Assembly (NCBI GenBank): GCA_009103225.1 | Contig: RHPI01002069.1 | Location: 366,397-396,034 of the forward strand | Length of the DNA: 29,638 nucleotides | Direction of reading: 5' to 3' | Origin: Chlorokybus atmophyticus | Lineage: Eukaryota > Plantae > Mesostigma and Chlorokybus algae | Shown: positions 1 through 8,914 of the stretch, piece by piece | Numbering within the stretch: the stretch's first letter is position 1 | How the letters are laid out: every line of letters starts with the position of its first letter | Notes under the pieces: generated by a model | Told to the model about the DNA's origin: nothing | What the model saw: only the letters and a program-made list of their open reading frames with translations | Databases searched by the model: none | Position numbers and translations under genes: made by a program

Positions 1-756
1 CTGAATAAGCCTGAGAAGTTCAAGCCCAACGGCAGCGTCAGTATCCACGACTGGGTGGTAACTGTTGAGCACTATTTAACAGCATTGAGACGCCCCGTTG
101 GTGAACACATTGCTGTTGCTGAGTTGCTCATGCCTTCTGACGCTCTCGCCGAGTGGGCGAGGCAGACACAGGACGGTGCTACCAAAACAGTGGAGGCACT
201 GTTTCAGTTCCTGACGGAACGCTATGGTGGCATGGACCCGGCTACTCAGGCTCGTAACAAGCTCAGCAAGTTGCGACAGAATGGTCGGGCGGCTTCAGCC
301 TATCTGCAAGAATTCCAGGCATTGGTGGGTCGTGCCAACAGCGGCCTCATGCCTATTGACAAGGCCGAGCAGTTTGAGTTGTACAAGCGCGGCTTGGATG
401 CGCGTGTGCGTGATCAACTGCAGTACAACACGGCAACGGGACTGCCTTGGGTTCCCGAGGACTTGGCCAAGTTGCAGAAGCTGAGCGTGTACCTATACAA
501 CGATGACACGGCGGTGCAGGACAAGTCACATGTGGCAGTTTCGGCCAAACCGCCAGGGGTGGGAGGGAAGCGTTTCCCTCATCCGAGTGCACACTTGGCA
601 AAGAAGGCGAAGACATATGGTCCTTCTACTAGTGCCACACCTGCTGGTGGTGCTACGCCTGCTGCGGCTCGCACCTGTTACGTCTGTCATCAGCCTGGCC
701 ACATTGCAAAGAACTGCCCAACCAAGGGGAAGGGCAAGGCCAAGAAGGTTGAATAG
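1..756 (+). CDS. gag: Gag (5'-truncated by window edge) with retrotransposon-gag core and CCHC zinc knuckle
   Basis: Frame 1 is open from base 1 (LNKPEKFKPN...DWVVTVEHYL); LRQNGRAASAYLQEF capsid-type motif; CYVCHQPGHIAKNC (CX2CX4HX4C) at 676-717; TAG at 754-756. Confidence 0.95.
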   Translation: MNKPEKFKPNGSVSIHDWVVTVEHYLTALRRPVGEHIAVAELLMPSDALAEWARQTQDGATKTVEALFQFLTERYGGMDPATQARNKLSKLRQNGRAASAYLQEFQALVGRANSGLMPIDKAEQFELYKRGLDARVRDQLQYNTATGLPWVPEDLAKLQKLSVYLYNDDTAVQDKSHVAVSAKPPGVGGKRFPHPSAHLAKKAKTYGPSTSATPAGGATPAAARTCYVCHQPGHIAKNCPTKGKGKAKKVE

Positions 757-3700
757 GATTACGTCGTGACTGATGTAAAAGTGGTTGATGGCCAGTTGCT
801 TGTGTTATTAGCAAACTGGTTTGATGAGCTGTCCCAAGTGCATGTAATGACACATGCATGGCAAACACATAGCAAGTTGCCACTTTTTGACGTTGCAAAA
901 GTGGAAGAGAATGCTTGTGTGTTGGTACATGTGGAATTTAACATGCTTACCAATGTGTTGCACACTTTGACTGAGTTGCAAAGTAAACACAGAACTTTGA
1001 GTGTGGTAGTAATGGTGCCTAAGTATCATGGCCCATGGTTGAAACATACTCGAGGGGGAACTGTGTTAAAGCAATTTAGCAAGCGTGAAACAGGGACAGT
1101 GCGGTTGTCAGCAATTTTGATCAACCCTCGCATTAGTCACGGACTCTTGGCTACGTTTCAAGGACGGGTGGTACCTCTGTTGTGGACATTTAGTGGCACA
1201 ATGCAGGGTGTAAACAGTTCGTTCTTAATTGACACCGGTGCAACACACAACTTCGTTGAGGAACAATGGGTTGTGCGCAACAAGATAGCGTGTAAACCCT
1301 CAGCATTTTCAGCTGCCGGTGCGGGGGGTGCGTTGCCAGTAAAAGGGGAAATAAAAATGAAAGTAAAGATTGGTAATTATCATGCCACTCTTACTTTCAT
1401 AGTGGTATCCATCGACATATTAGGTGTTGATGTGGTATTAGGACAGGAATGGCAGGAAAATGTCAAAATGACATTGGATACAGGCGCACGTTTGTGCACG
1501 GTAAAGAAAGGTCGTAAGCGTGTAACATTGTCTGTGAAAGGGTCACATAGCTTGGACCACAAGCAGCCCGACCCTGCGCTACTCACTGCACTGCAAGTGA
1601 AACGTGCGTTACGCAAAAACACACCGGCTTTTCTGGTACACTTAACGTCGTCGGACGACTTTGTGCCGGGAAACATAGAAGGTGTTGCAGACATCATTGA
1701 GAAGTATCAAGATGTGTTCTCAGATGAATTGCCAGGCTTACCTCCTGATCGAGGTGTCGGACACACAATACCACTAATTCCTGACAGTGAACCTCCGTTT
1801 CGGCGCATATATAGGCTGAGCCCCCGAGAGAGGGGGGAAATGGAAACTCAAATCAAAGAGTTAATGGAAAAGGGATTGATTGAACCGAGTTCTTCACCCT
1901 TTGGCGCGCCCATCTTGTTTGTGATGAAAAAGAATGGAAAGCTGCGCATGTGTGTGGATTACCGTGCTTTGAACAAGATCACGGTAAAGAATCGATACCC
2001 GTTGCCCCGGATTGATGATGTGTTTGATAAACTGTCGGGAAATGCGTATTTTAGTACGTTGAACTTGACAAGTGGGTATCATCAAATCCGGATTCATCTT
2101 TCTGATGTTTACAAGACAGCATTCAGAACACCTTCGGGCCATTATCAATACAAAGTGTTACCTTTTGGATTGACTAATGCGCCGGCAGTGTTTCAGAAGG
2201 AAATGAATAAGATTTTTGGTGGCATACTTGGCAAGTATGTTATGGTTTACTTGGATGACATCATTGTCTTTAGTAAAACCAAGGAAGAGCATAAGCAGCA
2301 CTTGGAAGCGGTGTTCGCCTTGCTGCGTACACATCGCTTGTTTGCCAATCTTGCGAAGTGTGACTTCTGCAAGACGGAGTTGCCATTCTTGGGGCACATT
2401 GTGAGCGGTGCGGGTGTGAAACCTGACCCTCGCAAAGTGCAAGTTGTAAAGGATTGGCCTCAACCTAAGAATATCCATCAGCTGCGATCATTCTTGGGAT
2501 TGGCAAACTACTTTCGCAAGTTTATGATGGGGTACTCCACAGTAGTGGTGCCTTTGACAAAACTGTTGCGAAAAGATGCTCCATTCTTATGGACAGCTGA
2601 ACAAGAAGCTGCTATGCAACAGGTGAAGCTAGCTTTGACTTCTGCTCCAGTGTTGGCATTGCCAAACTGGGACAAGCATTTCACTGTAGTTAGCGATGCG
2701 TCCACCCTTGGGTGTGGTGCAGTACTGTTGCAAGATGGCAGACCATGTGCTTATGAGAGTAGGAAGTTCATCCCAGCAGAGGTGAATTACACTACCACCG
2801 AGCAAGAGTTGCTTGGTATAGTACATGCTCTGGAAACATGGCGATGTTACTTGGAGGGGGTTCAGTTCACAGTGGTGACTGATCATAATCCATTGGTGTA
2901 TTTCTCAACACAGCAAAACTTGTCACGAAGGCAAGCCCGCTGGAATGAGTTTCTGTCTCGGTTTACCTTTGAGTGGGTATACCGGCCAGGCANNNNNNNN
3001 NNNNNNNNNNNNNNNNNNNNNNNNNNNNNNNNNNNNNNNNNNNNNNNNNNNNNNNNNNNNNNNNNNNNNNNNNNNNNNNNNNNNNNNNNNNNNNNNNNNN
3101 NNNNNNNNNNNNNNNNNNNNNNNNNNNNNNNNNNNNNNNNNNNNNNNNNNNNNNNNNNNNNNNNNNNNNNNNNNNNNNNNNNNNNNNNNNNNNNNNNNNN
3201 NNNNNNNNNNNNNNNNNNNNNNNNNNNNNNNNNNNNNNNNNNNNNNNNNNNNNNNNNNNNNNNNNNNNNNNNNNNNNNNNNNNNNNNNNNNNNNNNNNNN
3301 NNNNNNNNNNNNNNNNNNNNNNNNNNNNNNNNNNNNNNNNNNNNNNNNNNNNNNNNNNNNNNNNNNNNNNNNNNNNNNNNNNNNNNNNNNNNNNNNNNNN
3401 NNNNNNNNNNNNNNNNNNNNNNNNNNNNNNNNNNNNNNNNNNNNNNNNNNNNNNNNNNNNNNNNNNNNNNNNNNNNNNNNNNNNNNNNNNNNNNNNNNNN
3501 NNNNNNNNNNNNNNNNNNNNNNNNNNNNNNNNNNNNNNNNNNNNNNNNNNNNNNNNNNNNNNNNNNNNNNNNNNNNNNNNNNNNNNNNNNNNNNNNNNNN
3601 NNNNNNNNNNNNNNNNNNNNNNNNNNNNNNNNNNNNNNNNNNNNNNNNNNNNNNNNNNNNNNNNNNNNNNNNNNNNNNNNNNNNNNNNNNNNNNNNNNNN

Positions 3701-4731
3701 NNGGGCACACAGCGGTTGCAGTTTTTGTGGACCGTTTAACAAAAATGGTTCACATCGTCCCTTGCCGCACGGAAATAGGCTCCCGTGAGTTAGCGATGGT
3801 TTTTGTCGCCTCTGTGTTTAAGTTGCATGGTTTGCCTCGCAACTTTGTGTCTGATCGCGATCCGCGATTTGTGTCTCAGTTCTGGAAGTCGCTATGCAGC
3901 TTCTTACATATTCAGCAGAACATGAGCACAGCTTATCATCCACAAACGGATGGTCAGACAGAGCGCGCCAATCAAGTGATTGAGGAAACCATTCGGCATT
4001 ATGTGAGTCCAAACCAGTCTGACTGGGATATCTATCTCCCAATGGCTGAGTTTGCGATTAACAATGCTTGGCAAGAGAGTGTGCAGGAAACTCCGTTTTT
4101 CTTGAACTACGGAGTGCATCCACTAAGTCCTGCGAACATCAAGTTGCCCGCTACCGACATAACTCGCGTACCTGCAGCACGCGAGATGGCTTCGGCCATG
4201 CAGGATAGGCTAGCGCTGGCAAAGGACTGTCTGCGCGCAGCGCAAGACAGACAAAAAGCCCATGCTGATGCGCATCGTAGAGAGGCCAGCTACGATGTGG
4301 GCTGTTCGGTGCTTTTAAGTACCAAAAACATATCCATTAAGGGAGTGGGTACCCGCAAGTTTTTCCCTCGCTGGATAGGCCCTTTCAAGGTAATTGATCG
4401 GGTCGGCACTCACGCGTATCGTTTGGAGTTGCCAAAATCAATACGCATTCACAATGTGTTTCACGTGAGTGTACTGAAACCGTATCGTTCTGACGGTCGG
4501 GTTCAACCTCCTCCACCCCCCGTTGCAGTGGATGGCGACGATACTTTTGAGTATGAGGTGGAAGCAGTCCTAAGTCATCGTAAGCCTCGGCGCGGACGCG
4601 CGCCGTCTTACTTGGTGAAATGGAAAGGGTATGGTGTTGAACACAATACATGGGAGCCCGAAAGGAATCTTACCAACTGCCAAAAGATTCTTCGGGGGTA
4701 CTGGAGTACGGTGTCCACACGCGAACGGTAA
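757..4731 (+). CDS. pol: Pol polyprotein: extra N-terminal domain, aspartic protease, RT, RNase H, integrase with GPY/F motif, chromodomain
   Basis: LIDTGATHNF (DTG at 1231-1239); YLDD at 2248-2259; VVSDAS...EQELL...TDHNPL RNase H; VFVDRLTK...SDRDPRF...DGQTERAN integrase core; WIGPF; EYEVEAVL...YLVKWKGY...NTWEPERNL chromodomain; interrupted by a 710-N gap. Confidence 0.95.
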   Translation, partial: DYVVTDVKVVDGQLLVLLANWFDELSQVHVMTHAWQTHSKLPLFDVAKVEENACVLVHVEFNMLTNVLHTLTELQSKHRTLSVVVMVPKYHGPWLKHTRGGTVLKQFSKRETGTVRLSAILINPRISHGLLATFQGRVVPLLWTFSGTMQGVNSSFLIDTGATHNFVEEQWVVRNKIACKPSAFSAAGAGGALPVKGEIKMKVKIGNYHATLTFIVVSIDILGVDVVLGQEWQENVKMTLDTGARLCTVKKGRKRVTLSVKGSHSLDHKQPDPALLTALQVKRALRKNTPAFLVHLTSSDDFVPGNIEGVADIIEKYQDVFSDELPGLPPDRGVGHTIPLIPDSEPPFRRIYRLSPRERGEMETQIKELMEKGLIEPSSSPFGAPILFVMKKNGKLRMCVDYRALNKITVKNRYPLPRIDDVFDKLSGNAYFSTLNLTSGYHQIRIHLSDVYKTAFRTPSGHYQYKVLPFGLTNAPAVFQKEMNKIFGGILGKYVMVYLDDIIVFSKTKEEHKQHLEAVFALLRTHRLFANLAKCDFCKTELPFLGHIVSGAGVKPDPRKVQVVKDWPQPKNIHQLRSFLGLANYFRKFMMGYSTVVVPLTKLLRKDAPFLWTAEQEAAMQQVKLALTSAPVLALPNWDKHFTVVSDASTLGCGAVLLQDGRPCAYESRKFIPAEVNYTTTEQELLGIVHALETWRCYLEGVQFTVVTDHNPLVYFSTQQNLSRRQARWNEFLSRFTFEWVYRPGXXXXXXXXXXXXXXXXXXXXXXXXXXXXXXXXXXXXXXXXXXXXXXXXXXXXXXXXXXXXXXXXXXXXXXXXXXXXXXXXXXXXXXXXXXXXXXXXXXXXXXXXXXXXXXXXXXXXXXXXXXXXXXXXXXXXXXXXXXXXXXXXXXXXXXXXXXXXXXXXXXXXXXXXXXXXXXXXXXXXXXXXXXXXXXXXXXXXXXXXXXXXXXXXXXXXXXXXXXXXXXXXXXXXXXXXXXXXXGHTAVAVFVDRLTKMVHIVPCRTEIGSRELAMVFVASVFKLHGLPRNFVSDRDPRFVSQFWKSLCSFLHIQQNMSTAYHPQTDGQTERANQVIEETIRHYVSPNQSDWDIYLPMAEFAINNAWQESVQETPFFLNYGVHPLSPANIKLPATDITRVPAAREMASAMQDRLALAKDCLRAAQDRQKAHADAHRREASYDVGCSVLLSTKNISIKGVGTRKFFPRWIGPFKVIDRVGTHAYRLELPKSIRIHNVFHVSVLKPYRSDGRVQPPPPPVAVDGDDTFEYEVEAVLSHRKPRRGRAPSYLVKWKGYGVEHNTWEPERNLTNCQKILRGYWSTVSTRER
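2993..3702. other. Assembly gap (710 N) covering the RNase H-integrase linker and integrase HHCC zinc finger
   Basis: Run of N. Confidence 1.
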
Positions 4732-4840
4732 AAGGGTGCTGGCAGACATCTTTACCGTTTCGGCCCTGGTTCTCTCACTGCTTTCGTTTCTTTACTCGTG
4801 GTGGGGCTTTGCTAACCCTTCAATGAGGACATTGAAACCT

Positions 4841-4853
4841 AAGTGGGGGGGAA
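4841..4853 (+). other. Polypurine tract of element 1
   Basis: AAGTGGGGGGGAA directly abutting TGTAAC. Confidence 0.85.
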
Positions 4854-5195
4854 TGTAACGGTGTGCTACCTCCATAGAGGTTCCCCGCCCTTATTTAATC
4901 CTAAATATCCCAACGGGATTATACAGTCTATTAAGCCATTTTAGGGCCGTTAACCTAGTGTTAAGGCCCTAATGTAGTGTTACTTAATTGTGACACTGAT
5001 ATCGACATGAGACATGAGTCTCATGTCGATATCAGCCGTATGGCGGCGCTGCTAACGCAGCGGCCGCCATAGCCAGGGGATCTTCTGCTCCGGCAGATTC
5101 CCCTGGCGGCGGCGGCGGTGGCGTCGTGGCTGGTGGTGGTGTTGGGGTAGGGGATTAAAGGGAGGAGGGGGCACACCCCCTCTAGTCTCCTTACA
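4854..5195 (+). repeat. 3' LTR of element 1 (342 bp)
   Basis: Begins TGTAA after the PPT and ends TTACA (terminal inverted repeat). The next base resumes a different element's RNase H reading frame. Confidence 0.85.
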
Positions 5196-5197
5196 AA

Positions 5198-6971
5198 GAC
5201 CATGGCAACGGCCTGCAACCAGTAGCATTCTTCAGCAAGAAGATGAGTGGTGCGGAGCTGAATTACCCCGTGCACGAGAAGGAACTTTTAGCGCAAGTAA
5301 TGGCGCTACGACAATGGCGTTGTTTTCTAGAAGGCAAAAAGTCCGTGCTCGAGACGGATCACTCTCCACTGAGGTACTTACAAACACAACCTCATCAAAG
5401 TCGTAGACAAGCACGATGGCTGGAGTTCTTTCAACTTTTTGACTTCGATATCAAGTACAAGCCTGGTACGTCAAATGGTGTTGCTGACGTGCTGAGCCGG
5501 CTTAATGCAATTGACACTCGCTCAAGTGCAGCCCGAGTGGACCGAGCAGATTCGGCAAGTGCTTCGTGAAGACACGGAGGGTATGAAAGTGTTGCAAGAG
5601 CTGAAAAGTGCAGCCACGGACACAAGTGGGCATTGGTCAATGCGCGACGAGCTGCTATGGCACTACGGGCGCTTGTACATCCCCAACGTTGCGCATATCC
5701 GTGTGAAGTTGCAGAAGGAAGCTCATGACGTGCCCATTGCTGGTCACCAAGGGTTGGAGAGGACTTTGGCAAGCTTGAAACAGCGTTTTTACTGGCGAGA
5801 GATGCATCGCGATGTGCGCGACTACGTGGCGTTGTGCGACACATGCCAAAGGGTGAAGGCAAGCAATCAAAAGCCAGATGGGTTGCTGCAACCTCTCCCT
5901 GTGCCATTGTCCAAGTGGGAGCAAGTTACCATGGACTTTATCACGGGGCTACCAAAGACAAAAGAAGGGTACGACGCTATACTTGTATTCGTCGACAAAA
6001 CCAGCAAAATGGTACGCTTGGCATCGTGTGGCGAGTCTTGCACGGCACCGGAGGCCGCACGCTTGTTCGTGAAGCATGTGTTTTGTTCTCATGGATTACC
6101 ACGAAGCATTGTGAGTGATCGCGACCCGCGCTTTACAAGTAAGTTTTGGGAGGCGCTGTATAGTGCACTGGTACCACACTGAAATTTAGCACGGCATTTC
6201 ACCCGCAAGCTGATGGGCAAATGGAGCGGGCCAGCCGTGTGATTGAGGACATGCTGCGTTGCTACGTTAACGCGCGACAAGACAATTGGGCGGAGCTGCT
6301 TGAGTTGGTGGAGTTTGCAATCAACAACCACCAATGCGAGCACATGTGTCACTCCCTCCTTATGAACTACGGGCAACATCCATTGACACCGTTGATGGCA
6401 TGGACACCGCGACAACATGACGTGCGTGTGGAGGCAGCTAACGACTTCCTCACAAAGTGCGCGGACATTCATAAGGCAGCTAGGGAGGCGCTATTGGTGG
6501 CACAAAATAGGCAGAAGCAGTACGCGAACGCGCATTGCCGACACCTCACATTTTAGGAAGGCGTCATTGTGTTACTCTCCGCAAAGCATGTACAGGTGCA
6601 TACGGGGGTTTGCAAGCTGAATGAACGCTGGTTGGGACCATTTACGGTCAACAAAGTTATTTCGGACGTGGCGTACAAGCTGAAGCTACCCGACACCATG
6701 CGTGTGCACCCCGTTTTTCACGTCTCCCTTATGAAAGCATATCGAGTACAACCGCCGAAAAGGCCGCCCCCCAAAGTTGGCACGGATGGTGAACCAGAGC
6801 GGGAGGTAGAAGACATCCTTAGTGAGAAGTTCGTACATGGCGTGCGCAAGTTTTGGTGAAATGGAAGGGCTATCATTGCATGAAGCATCATTGGAGCCAG
6901 AGGCACACTTGGCTAATGCTCGAGATGTCGTGCGTGATTATCTTGCTCGACGACAACCTCGCGAGCTTTGA
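5198..6971 (+). pseudogene. pol: pol remnant of element 2 (RNase H, integrase, chromodomain) with stops and frameshifts
   Basis: DHGNGLQPVAFFSKKMSGAELNYPVHEKELLA...TDHSPL; frameshifts near 5505, 6170, 6855 and 6875; TAG at 6554-6556; WLGPF; EREVEDIL...(L)VKWKGY...EPEAHLANA; ends TGA 6969-6971. Confidence 0.92.
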
Positions 6972-6999
6972 GGACGAAGCTCACCTAGGGGGGGAGGAG

Positions 7000-7558
7000 T
7001 GTAACAGTCAAGGTCAAATTTCGTAATTTTCATGGCCATTTCAGGCCTTATTTGTGAGGTATCATGTTTTTCATGACTTGTGGCGGATATCGGCGAGTTG
7101 CGAGTCTGCCGCAGATATCGACCGGCCCAGGGCCAGTCTGGAAGACGCCAGAAAACGGAGGGCCAGTCGAGAAGGGCTCGACCAGATTTCTGGAAGGGCC
7201 TGGCGCCAAGTAGTATAACTTGACCATATGAGCAGCAAATGAGGAGATCTTTGGTGCGTCGGAAAGGTCTAGAAGTGTACTACAAGATTCTGCAAGATTA
7301 TCTTAGCTTCTAGTTTCGTCTAGCGCTAGAATCGTTTACAGTAGCATGTGCAGATTGGTAGGTATAAAAGTGACAGTCTACAATTTGTAATACAACCTTT
7401 AGCTCCCTGGTTTCCGGTGTGCAAGCTTGATGATGATTAACAGGTTGCTAGCGTGTGTCCACTGGTGTGTGCTTGCTTGTGTGACAATCCAAGGCGCTAC
7501 ACAAGTCGGTGTGTAGCTTGGAGCGCATGCGCGTGCGTACGCGAGTGGCGGGGCGCGC
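7000..7558 (+). repeat. 3' LTR of element 2, first copy (truncated at the N)
   Basis: PPT AGGGGGGGAGGAG at 6987-6999 followed by TGTAACAG; breaks at N7559. Confidence 0.85.
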
Positions 7559-8248
7559 NGAGTTTGCAATCAACAACCACCAATGCGAGCACATGTGTCA
7601 CTCCCTCCTTATGAACTACGGGCAACATCCATTGACACCGTTGATGGCATGGACACCGCGACAACATGACGTGCGTGTGGAGGCAGCTAACGACTTCCTC
7701 ACAAAGTGCGCGGACATTCATAAGGCAGCTAGGGAGGCGCTATTGGTGGCACAAAATAGGCAGAAGCAGTACGCGAACGCGCATTGCCGACACCTCACAT
7801 TTTAGGAAGGCGTCATTGTGTTACTCTCCGCAAAGCATGTACAGGTGCATACGGGGGTTTGCAAGCTGAATGAACGCTGGTTGGGACCATTTACGGTCAA
7901 CAAAGTTATTTCGGACGTGGCGTACAAGCTGAAGCTACCCGACACCATGCGTGTGCACCCCGTTTTTCACGTCTCCCTTATGAAAGCATATCGAGTACAA
8001 CCGCCGAAAAGGCCGCCCCCCAAAGTTGGCACGGATGGTGAACCAGAGCGGGAGGTAGAAGACATCCTTAGTGAGAAGTTCGTACATGGCGTGCGCAAGT
8101 TTTGGTGAAATGGAAGGGCTATCATTGCATGAAGCATCATTGGAGCCAGAGGCACACTTGGCTAATGCTCGAGATGTCGTGCGTGATTATCTTGCTCGAC
8201 GACAACCTCGCGAGCTTTGAGGACGAAGCTCACCTAGGGGGGGAGGAG

Positions 8249-8914
8249 TGTAACAGTCAAGGTCAAATTTCGTAATTTTCATGGCCATTTCAGGCCTTAT
8301 TTGTGAGGTATCATGTTTTTCATGACTTGTGGCGGATATCGGCGAGTTGCGAGTCTGCCGCAGATATCGACCGGCCCAGGGCCAGTCTGGAAGACGCCAG
8401 AAAACGGAGGGCCAGTCGAGAAGGGCTCGACCAGATTTCTGGAAGGGCCTGGCGCCAAGTAGTATAACTTGACCATATGAGCAGCAAATGAGGAGATCTT
8501 TGGTGCGTCGGAAAGGTCTAGAAGTGTACTACAAGATTCTGCAAGATTATCTTAGCTTCTAGTTTCGTCTAGCGCTAGAATCGTTTACAGTAGCATGTGC
8601 AGATTGGTAGGTATAAAAGTGACAGTCTACAATTTGTAATACAACCTTTAGCTCCCTGGTTTCCGGTGTGCAAGCTTGATGATGATTAACAGGTTGCTAG
8701 CGTGTGTCCACTGGTGTGTGCTTGCTTGTGTGACAATCCAAGGCGCTACACAAGTCGGTGTGTAGCTTGGAGCGCATGCGCGTGCGTACGCGAGTGGCGG
8801 GGCGCGCGTGTGTGCTTGGCAGAGGGGGCAAGGTTCCGGTGTAAATACCGTGTCTTGGTGAGAGGGTTGTTAATCGGACCAACTCACAGGTGACAAGGCA
8901 CGAGCACCGTTACA
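8249..8914 (+). repeat. 3' LTR of element 2, complete copy (666 bp)
   Basis: PPT 8236-8248; TGTAAC...GTTACA 6-bp terminal inverted repeat; flank CATTG is the candidate target-site duplication. Confidence 0.85.
8612..8639 (+). promoter_or_regulatory. LTR TATA-like box and TGTAA chlorophyte-type poly(A) signal (also at 7363-7390 in the duplicate)
   Basis: TATAAAA 8612-8618 and TGTAA 8635-8639, in the order expected around the U3/R boundary. Confidence 0.5.

Larger units (their letters stand above)
1..5195 (+). mobile_element. Ty3/gypsy chromovirus-type LTR retrotransposon, element 1 (5' LTR and gag start lie left of the window)
   Basis: gag with CCHC knuckle, then PR-RT-RNaseH-IN-chromodomain order typical of Ty3/gypsy; polypurine tract 4841-4853; LTR TGTAA...TTACA at 4854-5195. 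Confidence 0.97.
6311..8807 (+). repeat. Direct duplication: 6311-7558 repeated at 7560-8807 (offset 1249), separated by a single N
   Basis: Apparently identical sequence and identical ORF translations, including the same inactivating lesions; junction is one N at 7559. Confidence 0.95.
5196..8914 (+). mobile_element. Older, degenerate Ty3/gypsy chromovirus, element 2 (3' part only)
   Basis: RNase H, integrase HHCC (HDVPIAGH...CDTC), core and chromodomain remnants; PPT; 666-bp LTR TGTAAC...GTTACA. Confidence 0.93.

Noticed and set aside
2883-3788. Several 260-275 aa ORFs, and frame continuity of pol across the gap
   Set aside because: They consist of N. The gap length is an estimate and says nothing about frame.
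6311-8807. Apparent tandem duplication or three-LTR structure of element 2
   Set aside because: The two 1248-bp copies look identical despite the element's age and meet at a single N, the signature of overlapping contig ends left unmerged in scaffolding. Long reads or doubled read depth would be needed to rescue it.
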